Shown in pieces: positions 1-9,967 of a stretch of 64,000 nucleotides of DNA. Below the pieces are notes generated by a model. It had not been told where the DNA came from, did not search any database, and saw only the letters and a program-made list of their open reading frames with translations. Numbering within the stretch: position 1 is the first letter of the stretch; the number at the start of each line of letters is the position of its first letter. The position numbers and the translations under genes are program-made. Source of the stretch: Sulfobacillus acidophilus (lineage in GTDB: Bacteria > Bacillota > Sulfobacillia > Sulfobacillales > Sulfobacillaceae); contig PXYV01000020.1 in NCBI GenBank assembly GCA_003023745.1, positions 3,219-67,218 on the forward strand, in the 5' to 3' direction.

Positions 1-132
1 CGTTCCGAATGTGGTGACCCAGAATAGCCCAGGGCGTGGGGGTTGAGGGATGGACCTCTATGCATAGAACCAGGGCGGCCAGCCATGATAAGACGAAGGC
101 AACACATGTCGTGGAATTAGTTATTTCGATTA

Positions 133-161
133 TTGACAGCTTATTGCTGTTAGCGTAGGCT
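133..161 (+). promoter_or_regulatory. sigma-A-type promoter of the MFS gene
   Basis: TTGACA (133-138), 17-bp spacer, TAGGCT (156-161). Confidence 0.65.
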
Positions 162-164
162 AAC

Positions 165-183
165 GACATTGATAATCATTATC
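165..183. promoter_or_regulatory. Fur box
   Basis: GACATTGATAATCATTATC matches 17/19 of the Fur consensus GATAATGATAATCATTATC and lies just downstream of the -10 element. Confidence 0.75.
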
Positions 184-191
184 CACAAGCG

Positions 192-1481
192 ATGAGGTAT
201 GGACAAACATTCCGAGATTGCGAGGAAGCGAACGTGACGGCAAGCGGATGGAAGTTGCAATCGGTGATTGCGGGAGCGGGAATTTTGCTGAGCTCCTATG
301 ATATGGGGCTCATGGCGATGGCCTTGGTGGCGCTCAAACACGCATGGCGCTTGACCGCCTGGGAGCTTTCGGCAGTCGCCTCGATTACCTCGATCGGAAT
401 GATTGTGGGCAGCTTGGCGGGAGGCGTGTTGGCTGACCGATATGGGCGCCGCGGTGTGTTGGTGTGGGACTATGTTTGCTTTTTAGGCGCTGCGCTTGTC
501 AGTGCCGTAAGCCCTGATATTTGGTGGCTTCTCTTTGCCCGATTGGTGGTGGGATTTGGCGTCGGCGCTGACTTTTCGATCAGTTTCGCCTTTCTGGCGG
601 AAGTATGCCCGGTGGAGCGGCGCGGGCGCACCATGGCCTGGGTCATGTGGCTGGCCAATTTTGGCACGGTGGTCGCATACGGGGTGGGGAGCTGGTTTCT
701 GGCGGCGGGCGGCTCCAATGATTGGCGGTGGATCTTAGCAACGGGTGTGGTTTTGGCGATTCCGCTGATCGTAGTCCGCTCGCGTGTGACCGAGTCTCCG
801 TTATGGCAACGTGATCATCAATCTCTACGGTTGCGCGATGTCGTGCGCTACTTTGCGCTGCCCAATGTTCGCGGCGTTTTAGGAGTGGTCCAAGGCAGCT
901 ATTTTTTGTATCAAATTACGGATCAGGGGTTAGGCATGTTCTTGCCCCTCATCTTAATTTCAGTGTTCGGCACCTCGATTGGCACAGCGGCTTGGAGTAG
1001 CGTATTGGTAAAAGCCGTCACCATTCCCGCTGCTCTCTGTACGGTTTGGTTGATTGACCGCTGGGGTCGGCGGCCGCTGCAAATTTTCGGTTTTGCTGGC
1101 CGTGCGCTGGCATTGTTGGCATTGGGCCTGCTTTTTATTTTGGATCGTCAAGTGCCGATCCCCCTAGTTGCGGCATTAATGGTGGCCGCCTATTTTTTTG
1201 GACCGGCAGGTCCGGACAAAACGATTGTGATTACGCCAGCCGAACAATTTCAGACACCGCTGCGCGGCACTGGTGAAGGGTTGTCGGAGATGGCGGGTCG
1301 AATTGGGGGCGTGGTCGGCATTGCCGGATATGGCGTAGTTAGTGCACTTTGGGGAACGGGAGCAGGACTTATATTTTTCGGAGGGGCCTGTGCGATGGGG
1401 ACGCTATTAAGTCTTAAAATGCGGGAAACCCGGCCAAATTGGGCCGGACACGAGACGCTGGCGACCTCCACGCCGCAATGA
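192..1481 (+). CDS. MFS transporter (sugar porter / aromatic acid:H+ symporter-like)
   Basis: About 12 hydrophobic segments; MFS motifs GVLADRYGRR and LIDRWGRR; AEVCPVERRG, AEQFQTPLRG. Confidence 0.9.
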   Translation: MRYGQTFRDCEEANVTASGWKLQSVIAGAGILLSSYDMGLMAMALVALKHAWRLTAWELSAVASITSIGMIVGSLAGGVLADRYGRRGVLVWDYVCFLGAALVSAVSPDIWWLLFARLVVGFGVGADFSISFAFLAEVCPVERRGRTMAWVMWLANFGTVVAYGVGSWFLAAGGSNDWRWILATGVVLAIPLIVVRSRVTESPLWQRDHQSLRLRDVVRYFALPNVRGVLGVVQGSYFLYQITDQGLGMFLPLILISVFGTSIGTAAWSSVLVKAVTIPAALCTVWLIDRWGRRPLQIFGFAGRALALLALGLLFILDRQVPIPLVAALMVAAYFFGPAGPDKTIVITPAEQFQTPLRGTGEGLSEMAGRIGGVVGIAGYGVVSALWGTGAGLIFFGGACAMGTLLSLKMRETRPNWAGHETLATSTPQ

Positions 1482-1773
1482 CGGCAGATGGGGGCTGGAT
1501 TTGAGCAGTGGGTGTGGGTATGCACCCCAGGATCGCATGCCACACTTTGTAAACCCACCGTATCCTGTAATCGCCTCGAACTCAAACACCGCTACTTTTT
1601 CGCGCGGAAGGTTTTCACGGCGATATCGCCCCTTGGGCGACGCCGAGGAGTTCGCTTGTTTGGCAGGTGTAATCCCCATAACCTGGAGCGAACTCCCAGG
1701 GCAAAGTGTTCAACATCCCCAAACTTGCAACTAACGGCCGATCCGGGCCCCAGTCTCCCGTAAGGTTCTCTAG

Positions 1774-3732
1774 TTATGGCTCGGGTTTTAATTCTTCCCG
1801 CAAGTGGTCTAAAATCTCGACGTTTTCAACCCCGCTGACGTCGCCGATATCGGGCTTGCCCGTCACCAAGTCTTTTAAGAGACGCCGAACAATTTTGCCG
1901 GATCGTGTCTTCGGCAATTGGTCCACGGCAATCACCGCGTGCGGGCGGGCGATGGCGCCGATTTGGTTTGTGATGGCGGCATCGACCAGGCGCTCCAACT
2001 CTTCTTGTGCCATAGCGCGACGGGTGGTGACGATAGCGACCGGAACCTCGCCTTTGATGGCGTCGGCTAGGCCAATGACAGCAGCTTCGGCAATATCGGG
2101 CACCTCCAAGACCGCACTTTCCATTTCCATGGTAGACAGACGGTGGGCCGCCACGTTAATCACGTCGTCGATGCGACCCAATACCCAAATGTGGCCGTCT
2201 TGGTCAACAACCGCCGCATCGTGACTAGCATACCAATCAGGATGTCCGGGGATTGAAAAGTAGGTCTGACGGTAGCGCTCGGGATCGCCCCAAATTGTGC
2301 GCGCCAGCGTAGGAAAGGGCGCGGTGATCGCCAACTGCCCCACTTCTCCCGCCGGCAGGGGCCGCCCTTCATCGTCGACGATGGCGAAGGCGTGGCCAGG
2401 CAATGGCAAACCGCAGGACCCCGGTTTGGCCGCCGTGGCGCCGACGATGCTGGAGGTCCAGGCGCTGCCTGTTTCACTTTGGCCGTAGGTGTTATTGATT
2501 TCCAAACGGGATCGTCCGACATGCTCATAGATCCACCGCCAGGTGTGGCTGTCCAGTGGTTCGCCCACCAACGCGATGCGCTCTAAGTGCGCGAGATCGT
2601 AAGGTTGCACAAGTTCGTCGCCATGCCGTGCCAGTGTGCGCAAGACGGTAGGAGCGGTGAAGACTTTGTTGACCCGATAACGGCTAATAATGTCGTAGAA
2701 CCGACCTGCGTCGGGATAGTCGAGTGCACCGTCGTACAAAATATAGGTGGCACCAAACGCGAGGCCGCCGACCAGTTCGAAAATCGGAAACGTGAGCCAC
2801 CCGACGTCGGCCGTGCACCAGTAAACGTCCGTTGGCGCTAAGTCCAAGGCATATTGGACATTGTGCGCGGTACCCACGAGAAACCCGAGGCCGCTGTGGA
2901 CGAGTCCCTTCGGCTTAGCGGTGGTGCCAGACGTGTAGATAATAAATCCCGGCTCATTAGCTTCGATGGCTTGGGGTGCCGTGGGGGTCGTCGCAGTTGC
3001 CAGCCACTCATCCCAGGTTACATCGCGTCCGGGTTGCATCGCCACGGTGGCGCCGGTGCGGCGTACGACCACCACGTGGCGCACACTGGGGACTTCTTGG
3101 AGAATTTCGTCCAACTTGGCCTTTAGTGGCAGCGACCGGCCGCGACGTCTTGACTCATCGGCGGTGATAACAAGCTTGGCCTTGGTGTCCTGTAGTCGAT
3201 CGAGCAACGCCCGCGGCGAAAATCCCGAAAAGATAATGTTGTAAATCGCCCCGATACGAAAGCAGGCGTGTACGGCGGCAACAGTTTCCAGGAGATTGGG
3301 CAAAAAAATGGCGACGACGTCACCTTGGCGTATCCCCAATTGTCGTAGCGCGGTTGCGGTCCGAGCAGTGATATCTTGTAGTTCGGCATATGTCCAGCGG
3401 CGCTGCGCACCATCCTCCGTCAGTCCGATGAGGGCGACTTGGTCGGGACGGACTCGCGCGTGCCGATCAATGCAGTTGACGCTGACGTTGCTGGTGGCGT
3501 CGACAAACCATCGGGCATCCGGCAGTGTCCCGTCCAAGACCTGGCTCCAGGGTGTGAACCACTCTAATTGGCGGGCGACTTCAGCCCAATAGTTCGGCAA
3601 TGACTCTAAAGATTGACGATACAAGCGTTCATATTCGGCAAGGTTATGGATTGGTAGGCGAGAGGATGCGGGAAAGGGAGGGTTGACGAGGTAACTGTCT
3701 TTAATCATTGCTAGTTGATCGTCATACGACAT
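1774..3732 (-). CDS. Acetyl-CoA synthetase-like AMP-forming acyl-CoA ligase
   Basis: IYTSGTTAKPKG, WCTADVGW, GRIDDVINVAAHRL, LPKTRSGKIVRR; start set at ATG 3732 behind an AAGGAGG RBS. Confidence 0.9.
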   Translation of the reverse strand: MSYDDQLAMIKDSYLVNPPFPASSRLPIHNLAEYERLYRQSLESLPNYWAEVARQLEWFTPWSQVLDGTLPDARWFVDATSNVSVNCIDRHARVRPDQVALIGLTEDGAQRRWTYAELQDITARTATALRQLGIRQGDVVAIFLPNLLETVAAVHACFRIGAIYNIIFSGFSPRALLDRLQDTKAKLVITADESRRRGRSLPLKAKLDEILQEVPSVRHVVVVRRTGATVAMQPGRDVTWDEWLATATTPTAPQAIEANEPGFIIYTSGTTAKPKGLVHSGLGFLVGTAHNVQYALDLAPTDVYWCTADVGWLTFPIFELVGGLAFGATYILYDGALDYPDAGRFYDIISRYRVNKVFTAPTVLRTLARHGDELVQPYDLAHLERIALVGEPLDSHTWRWIYEHVGRSRLEINNTYGQSETGSAWTSSIVGATAAKPGSCGLPLPGHAFAIVDDEGRPLPAGEVGQLAITAPFPTLARTIWGDPERYRQTYFSIPGHPDWYASHDAAVVDQDGHIWVLGRIDDVINVAAHRLSTMEMESAVLEVPDIAEAAVIGLADAIKGEVPVAIVTTRRAMAQEELERLVDAAITNQIGAIARPHAVIAVDQLPKTRSGKIVRRLLKDLVTGKPDIGDVSGVENVEILDHLREELKPEP

Positions 3733-3862
3733 TAAAATGCCTCCTTTTATAAGGCCGGCCGATACCAACCGTTGCACAAATTGGGCGTGATGACACCGAC
3801 CGCCTGAAATATTTCCATTTTACACCGATGCCGACAATGACCGGACAATTGCGAAAAATATT

Positions 3863-3877
3863 TGGCACGCCGATTGC
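3863..3877 (+). promoter_or_regulatory. sigma-54 (-24/-12) consensus-like site
   Basis: TGGCAC-GCCGA-TTGC, exact TGGCAC-N5-TTGC spacing, intergenic. Confidence 0.4.
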
Positions 3878-3904
3878 GAGGCGGACCGATAACAGGTGGG
3901 CCGT

Positions 3905-4246
3905 TTAGTGAACCGTTGCCCTCCTCGAGGTCCGACCGACGGCGACCTCGACCAGAGCCACGGCTAACAACATGAGACCGACATGGAACAGGTTGGGTAA
4001 TAGTGATGCGGCCGCAGAGGTCAAGGCTAAAATGCCGCCGGCAATGACTAAAATCCCGGCAATCACCACCACCGCATTTTTGGTTTCCACGGCGATCCAG
4101 GCCAATGCCACCAGCATAATCAACCCAGCCACAATGTGCACATCTAAAAGCGTCGCGGACATCGTATAGACGTGGAACAGATTGCCGAGTCCGACCACGA
4201 AGGCCACCAAAAACGCGACGCGAAAGATCATTAAATTTCTCTTCAT
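3905..4246 (-). CDS. Small 4-TM hypothetical membrane protein downstream of menA
   Basis: Four hydrophobic segments; GAGGTG RBS; co-oriented with the men operon. Confidence 0.75.
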   Translation of the reverse strand: MKRNLMIFRVAFLVAFVVGLGNLFHVYTMSATLLDVHIVAGLIMLVALAWIAVETKNAVVVIAGILVIAGGILALTSAAASLLPNLFHVGLMLLAVALVEVAVGRTSRRATVH

Positions 4247-4299
4247 GGTCTCACCTCGCCATTAGTATAGACCACCCTCGCCGAATTCAACCTTGGCCG

Positions 4300-5184
4300 T
4301 TAAATGATAAGGCCAAGCGCTAACAAAAGCCCCATGACAATGTGCAAGCGTCCCATGAGAGGAACTGCGGCTTTGAGGCCATCTGGGTGGTGCAAGCGCC
4401 GCAAGGTGACAAATGCCAGCGGAAGAGCTAATCCCACCACCAGGGTTGCGGCGGGCAGGCGATGGGCCAAAACTGCGGTCAGCACGGCCACAAATGCTGC
4501 GATGACCACGGCCACAATTACGCCAAAACTTCGCTCGTAGCCTAAGACGACGGGGATGGTGCGACGGCCGTGTTGACCATCTTTGACCCGATCGCGCAGA
4601 TTGTTGCCTAATAAAATGGCCGCGACGAGAAACCCGACCGGGATCGACGCAATCCACGCCATCGGGGTAATGGTTCCGCCCGCGGCCAACTCCGTCGCGG
4701 TAATCTCTAAGGGACCCATAATCAGAAAAACAAAGAATTCGCCAAAGGGTGTCGAAGAAATCGGGAAGGGTCCACCGGCATAAACAAATCCCGCGGCGAT
4801 GGCCAAAATGCCCATCAAGAGCAGCCAAGGATCGCGGAACACGACCAAAATCAGCCCCAAAATCAATGCCGTAACATAAAGAGCGATAGCCCAACGGCGC
4901 ACGACAGTTGCATTCACCTCACCGGATACGATGATGCCGCCAATGCCCAAACTTTCCCGAGTATCCAGTCCGTTAACGTAGTCGTAATATTCGTTAAGCA
5001 TGTTGGCGCCGATCTGCATCAAAAATCCGATGCAGATAATGTCGATCCAAGCCCACCAATCCAATGTATGCAAGCTGCGCCACGACAATGCGCCTCCGAC
5101 CAGCATCGGCACCACGGTGGCGGCCAGGGTTGGCGGTCGGCTTACCTTAAAAAAAGCCTTCCAGGTCACTACGTGTCCACCCAT
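4300..5184 (-). CDS. menA: 1,4-dihydroxy-2-naphthoate polyprenyltransferase
   Basis: RPPTLAA, NMLNEYYDY, NNLRDRVKD UbiA-family motifs; men operon context; start may be GTG 5169. Confidence 0.92.
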   Translation of the reverse strand: MGGHVVTWKAFFKVSRPPTLAATVVPMLVGGALSWRSLHTLDWWAWIDIICIGFLMQIGANMLNEYYDYVNGLDTRESLGIGGIIVSGEVNATVVRRWAIALYVTALILGLILVVFRDPWLLLMGILAIAAGFVYAGGPFPISSTPFGEFFVFLIMGPLEITATELAAGGTITPMAWIASIPVGFLVAAILLGNNLRDRVKDGQHGRRTIPVVLGYERSFGVIVAVVIAAFVAVLTAVLAHRLPAATLVVGLALPLAFVTLRRLHHPDGLKAAVPLMGRLHIVMGLLLALGLII

Positions 5185-6632
5185 TCAGACATAGTCTCGG
5201 ATTGCTGCACAATCCGGTTTCGCAATATTTTACCGCTTGGGTTTCGCGGAATCTCATGAAAGCGAAAAAATGCGCTGGGGATTTTGTACCAAGCCAGCGT
5301 GTTCGCCAAAAATTGGCGAAGTTGACCGAGCGCGACAGGTTCTTTACACACCAATGCCGCTGCGACGCGCTGCCCCCACTCCTCATCCGCCAAACCGAAT
5401 ACAGCTGCATCGTCAATGCCGGGGAATGCAAGCAACCGCTCCTCCACTTCCTGCGGATAGACGTTCTCGCCGCCCCGAATAATGGTGTCGGTGACGCGAC
5501 CGACCACCGTGAGATATCCGTTATTGTCCAAAAATCCCAGATCGCCGGTTTTGAGCCACCCCTGGTCAAAGGCGGCTTCGGTCGCCGCGGGATTGCGCCA
5601 ATAGCCCGGGGTTACGCTGGGCCCCTGTACCCAAATCTCGCCAGCCTTTTCGCTTGCCACGGGCACTCGATTGCGTACGATGCGCACCTGGGTGGGGAGA
5701 TTGGGGTGTCCGGCGGGATTGCCCGGATGGGGCGGCGCGTCCACATCCAGTGTGACAATCTGTGAGCAGGTCTCGGTCATGCCATAGGTGGGAACAACCG
5801 GATAGCTGCGCTGGCGAGCTCGCTCAATCAGATCGCGTCGCGCCGGTGCCCCGCCGAGCAAGGCGAGACGCAGGGACGCCGGCGCATTGGCGGGAAGCTC
5901 CAGCCAGCGGTGAAGCATGGTGGGGACAACCGAGACCAGCGTAATGCGCTCTTCATCCATCAAAGCGTGGGCTGTCGCGGCATCAAAGCGCGGCTGTAAA
6001 TAAACCGTGGATCCATGGATGACGCTGCGAAAGAGAATTGTCAGCCCACCCACATGAAATAGGGGCATGACGTTAAGCCACCGGTCATCCGCACCCAAGC
6101 CCGCTTGCAGCGCAAATCCCATGGCACTCCACCATTGGTTGCCAACGGTAATTTTGACACCTTTTGGCGTTGCGGTGGTGCCGGATGTGTAGACCAACGC
6201 GTGCAACTGGTCAAATTCAAGCACGGTATCGGACACGGGACGGCTGCAGTCGCGCTCGAAGAGATGTTGAACCGACATGGTAGCAACTGGGGGCGGCCAG
6301 TTTTGCAAGGCGTGGTCGTGAATGAGCATCGTCGGGTCGGCGTTGGCGAGAATGGGCTCGAGTTCGTTAGGCGTTAAGCGCGTGTTTAACGGCACCAAAA
6401 CTGCATGCAGGCGCATGACGGCGTGAATCAGCACTACCTGCTCAACCGTGGCGGAAAGATGGTAGGCGATCCGATCGTTAGCGCCGACGCCCAAATCCGT
6501 CAGAACGCCCGCCAAACGTGCTACGGCACCATCCAATTCGGCAAAAGTCCAGCGGGTGGTTGGACTCACCAGGGCTAACCGCTGGGGATGAACCGCGGCC
6601 TGATGATGCAACCAATCGGGGCTGGAGACCAT
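5169..6632 (-). CDS. menE: o-succinylbenzoate-CoA ligase
   Basis: YTSGTTATPKGV, PLFHVGG, YGMTETCSQ; follows menB. Confidence 0.92.
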   Translation of the reverse strand: MVSSPDWLHHQAAVHPQRLALVSPTTRWTFAELDGAVARLAGVLTDLGVGANDRIAYHLSATVEQVVLIHAVMRLHAVLVPLNTRLTPNELEPILANADPTMLIHDHALQNWPPPVATMSVQHLFERDCSRPVSDTVLEFDQLHALVYTSGTTATPKGVKITVGNQWWSAMGFALQAGLGADDRWLNVMPLFHVGGLTILFRSVIHGSTVYLQPRFDAATAHALMDEERITLVSVVPTMLHRWLELPANAPASLRLALLGGAPARRDLIERARQRSYPVVPTYGMTETCSQIVTLDVDAPPHPGNPAGHPNLPTQVRIVRNRVPVASEKAGEIWVQGPSVTPGYWRNPAATEAAFDQGWLKTGDLGFLDNNGYLTVVGRVTDTIIRGGENVYPQEVEERLLAFPGIDDAAVFGLADEEWGQRVAAALVCKEPVALGQLRQFLANTLAWYKIPSAFFRFHEIPRNPSGKILRNRIVQQSETMSEWVDT

Positions 6633-6633
6633 C

Positions 6634-7452
6634 TTACGGTAACCGCGGAAATTGATCGAAATTGGGTTTGCGGTGTTCTAGATAGGCATTTTTGCCCTCT
6701 TTGGCTTCGTCGATCATGTAATAGAGCATGGTGGCGTCGCCGGCCAATTGCTGCAAACCCGCTAAGCCGTCGGTGTCGGCATTAAACGCGGCTTTAAGGA
6801 ACCGCAACGCAATCGGGCTTTTCTCCAGCATTTCCTCGCACCACTTCACAGTCTCCTCTTCTAATTGGGCGAGGGGAACGACGGTGTTGACCAACCCCAT
6901 ATCCAAGGCTTCGCGGGCATCGTATTGGCGGCACAAATACCAGATTTCTCGCGCCTTTTTATGGCCGACAATTCGGGCTAAAAGCGTTGCGCCGTAGCCC
7001 GCATCGAAACTGCCCACTTTAGGTCCGGTTTGGCCAAAGCGGGCATTGTCCGCGGCAATGGTTAAGTCACACACCAAGTGCAACACATGGCCTCCTCCGA
7101 TTGCGTAACCGGCAACCATGGCCACGACCGGTTTGGGCAGGTAGCGAATCTGTTTTTGCAGATCCAGCACGTTTAAACGCGGCACTCCGTCGCTGCCTAC
7201 GTACCCCGCATCCCCCCGCACCCGCTGATCGCCGCCCGAACAAAAGGCCTTGTCACCAGCCCCAGTCAAGATGGCCACGCCAATGCCGGGATCGTCGCGG
7301 ATTATGTTAAACGCGTCTTCGAGTTGAAAAAGCGTATCAGGCCGAAAGGCGTTGCGCACCTCGGGGCGATTAATCGTGACCTTGGCAATGCCGCCCAGTT
7401 GGTGCAGCAGGACATCGGAGTATTCTTTCTTGAGCTTCCAGTCAAATCCCAT
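6634..7452 (-). CDS. menB: 1,4-dihydroxy-2-naphthoyl-CoA synthase
   Basis: [27 protein letters not shown]; start MGFDW at ATG 7452 behind AGGAGG. Confidence 0.97.
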   Translation of the reverse strand: MGFDWKLKKEYSDVLLHQLGGIAKVTINRPEVRNAFRPDTLFQLEDAFNIIRDDPGIGVAILTGAGDKAFCSGGDQRVRGDAGYVGSDGVPRLNVLDLQKQIRYLPKPVVAMVAGYAIGGGHVLHLVCDLTIAADNARFGQTGPKVGSFDAGYGATLLARIVGHKKAREIWYLCRQYDAREALDMGLVNTVVPLAQLEEETVKWCEEMLEKSPIALRFLKAAFNADTDGLAGLQQLAGDATMLYYMIDEAKEGKNAYLEHRKPNFDQFPRLP

Positions 7453-7474
7453 TTGGCACAACCTCCTATCAAAT

Positions 7475-8293
7475 TTATCGTGAACCGTTCTCGGCGAAGA
7501 ACGCATCGACAACCTCGTAGAACCGCTCCATTTGCTCGCCGTGAACCGTGTGTCCGGATCGGGCCACGCACACCCATTTTGCGTTCGGGAACCGTGATTC
7601 CATGCTTTCCGCGATCGCACAAAACTTGGCATCCTGACTTCCAGTCACCAACAAAACGGGAACGGCGACATCGCTAAGATTATGCCACAATGACTCTTGC
7701 TCACCGGTGCCGGCCGCGCGTAAACTTTGTGCCAGGCCCATCGCCGATTGGGCCCGGCGAATGCGATTCTCCAAGGCCTTTAGTGAGTCGGACTGATGTT
7801 GGAACAACGGCTGGTTGGACCAATACGGCACAAACCACTCGATGCCCCGAGTCTCAATGGATTGAGCTAGTTCCCGATCCTGACGGCGGCGCTTTTGACG
7901 CGCAGCCATGTCGTCTAATCCTGGCGACGCACTTTCTAACACCAAGCACTGCACCTGTTGCAGATGCCGCACGGCCCAATGCAATGCGAGCCTTCCGCCC
8001 ATGGAATAGCCTAACACAGAGGCTTTCGAGATGGAAAGACGGCGCAAAAGTTGACTGAGGCGGTCGGCCATTTTTGGCATCGTTCCTTCTGAAATGTCGG
8101 CGCTGGCGGCGGTCTGCCCATGCCCAGGCAGGTCGGGCACAATCACAAAACGACGAGCAGCCCAACGCACCGCCAGTGCTTCCCAACTTTCGTGAGATCC
8201 GGTAAACCCGTGCAGGAGCACTAAGGCTGGGCGGGTAGGCGAACCGTAGGTCTGATATCGCCACACCTGCCCCGATAGTTCAACGGACTCCAT
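7475..8293 (-). CDS. menH: SHCHC synthase (alpha/beta hydrolase)
   Basis: LLHGFTG, GYSMGGR, ESASPGL; lies between menD and menB. Confidence 0.93.
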   Translation of the reverse strand: MESVELSGQVWRYQTYGSPTRPALVLLHGFTGSHESWEALAVRWAARRFVIVPDLPGHGQTAASADISEGTMPKMADRLSQLLRRLSISKASVLGYSMGGRLALHWAVRHLQQVQCLVLESASPGLDDMAARQKRRRQDRELAQSIETRGIEWFVPYWSNQPLFQHQSDSLKALENRIRRAQSAMGLAQSLRAAGTGEQESLWHNLSDVAVPVLLVTGSQDAKFCAIAESMESRFPNAKWVCVARSGHTVHGEQMERFYEVVDAFFAENGSR

Positions 8294-8302
8294 GGCCCGC
8301 CA

Positions 8303-9967
8303 TCACTCCTCCCAAGCCTCGTACAAGCGTTTATGGATACGAGCCGTCTCTTGGCGTGGCGTGGTCAGCCATTCCAATACGCGCAGTCCCTTGACCGCAC
8401 GCAAGTCTAAGAAAGCTTCTTTAAATTCGTGATAACTGTGTGCGCGTCGAAAATTGACGCCGTATAAGGTCGCCACTGCCGAAAAATCTACCCGATGGGG
8501 CGTGCCAAAGAGTTCTTCAAAAAGCGTTGGGTCGAGTTCAGATTGCGGCAGGAATGAAAAAATGGCTCCTCCCCGATTATTTACAATGACAAAAAAGGCG
8601 TTTAAGTTGTATTGCTGGCCAAAGATCAAGCCGGTGAGATCATGGTGAAAGGCGAGATCGCCTAACACGGCCAATACATCGCCGGCGTGATAGGAAATCC
8701 CCAGGGCGGTGGACACGAGACCATCAATGCCGTAGGCGCCGCGATTGCCGTAAATGCGGAGGTAGCCCTGATCATAAAACGTGTCAAAATCTCGAACCGG
8801 CATGCTGCTGGCAACCAAGACCGGCATTTGCGTATCGGCCCATAGCGACTCGGCCTGTGCGTAAAAGCGCCCTTCAAAGTCGCTCGGGCTTGACTGAAGC
8901 ACTGCACCGATGCGCTGGCGGGCACGCTCTTGCGCTGCCGTCAACGTCTGCAAAAAGCCTGGATCAGCGGGCTGAGTCATCTCGAACAATGCCCCTAAGG
9001 CGCTCGCGGGATCGCCTTCAATCGTCATGCTGGCGTGATGGTCTGGGTCGCGAAACCCACCCGGCCAGTCCAAAAGAATCAGGCGCGCCGCTCGCGTCCA
9101 CTGGTTGAACGCTTTGGATGTCATGGTGGCACCCAGGCGAATGACGAGATCAGGCGCAACCAAGTCTGGCATCTGACGCAAGAACGTGTCATAGGCAGTC
9201 AGCACCTCACGAGGGCGGCTGTTGTCGCATAGCGGGTCGGCAAACATCGGAAGATGCAGGTTTCGCGCGTGCTCCAGCAATGGTTGAGGCAGTTGGGGAG
9301 CTTGTGGACCCAGCGCTACGATCGGGCGCGTTGATGTCTGAAGCCAGGTTAAGGCTGAGTCCAGCGCGTCAGCCGATGCCAACGCGTTAGCAGGCCAAAG
9401 CGGACCCATAAGCGCAGGCGCCGTTGGACCGGGTTCGGGCACCAATGGTTCGCGTAGGGGAAAATTCACGTGCACGGGACCTTGGGGGTGGGTCATGGCG
9501 CGATGCACGGCACGGGCAGCTACTTGCGCTGCATGGTATTCGAGGCCGTCTACCCCCGGCGTCGGCAGGTCTTGAAACCACTTGACGTGGCTTCCGTACA
9601 GGTGCACTTGATCAATGGTTTGGGCGGCGCCCACATCGCGCAATTCTCGAGGACGGTCCGCAGTCAGCACAATCAGTGGCACTCGGCTTAGGGAGGCTTC
9701 GACCACGGCCGGCAGAAAGTTGGCGGCAGCGGTACCAGACGTGCACAGCAAGACCACGGGGCGCCTAGCCGCCTTGGCAATGCCCAGCGCAAAATACGAA
9801 CCCGATCTTTCATCCAAGGCCATGGTCACGCGGACTTCGGGTAGTTCCCGCAACAAAATCGCAATCGGCGTCGAGCGTGACCCGGGCGCTATGACGGCGT
9901 CTTTTACGCCAGCCTCTACCAACTGCGACAGAAAATGGCCAATGTAGGTTCTAAGCGGCGTTGTCAG
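8303..9967 (-). CDS. menD: SEPHCHC synthase (ThDP-dependent); probable CTG start
   Basis: PGSRSTP, CTSGTAAANF, LTADRP, GDLAFHHDL; frame stays open 15 codons above TTG 9922 to CTG 9967, which overlaps the menF stop. Confidence 0.93.
   Translation of the reverse strand: MTTPLRTYIGHFLSQLVEAGVKDAVIAPGSRSTPIAILLRELPEVRVTMALDERSGSYFALGIAKAARRPVVLLCTSGTAAANFLPAVVEASLSRVPLIVLTADRPRELRDVGAAQTIDQVHLYGSHVKWFQDLPTPGVDGLEYHAAQVAARAVHRAMTHPQGPVHVNFPLREPLVPEPGPTAPALMGPLWPANALASADALDSALTWLQTSTRPIVALGPQAPQLPQPLLEHARNLHLPMFADPLCDNSRPREVLTAYDTFLRQMPDLVAPDLVIRLGATMTSKAFNQWTRAARLILLDWPGGFRDPDHHASMTIEGDPASALGALFEMTQPADPGFLQTLTAAQERARQRIGAVLQSSPSDFEGRFYAQAESLWADTQMPVLVASSMPVRDFDTFYDQGYLRIYGNRGAYGIDGLVSTALGISYHAGDVLAVLGDLAFHHDLTGLIFGQQYNLNAFFVIVNNRGGAIFSFLPQSELDPTLFEELFGTPHRVDFSAVATLYGVNFRRAHSYHEFKEAFLDLRAVKGLRVLEWLTTPRQETARIHKRLYEAWEE

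Noticed and set aside
1621-1660. Fluoride riboswitch
   Set aside because: Only superficial GGCGA...GAGTTCGC similarity; pseudoknot partner absent and no downstream gene start on that strand.
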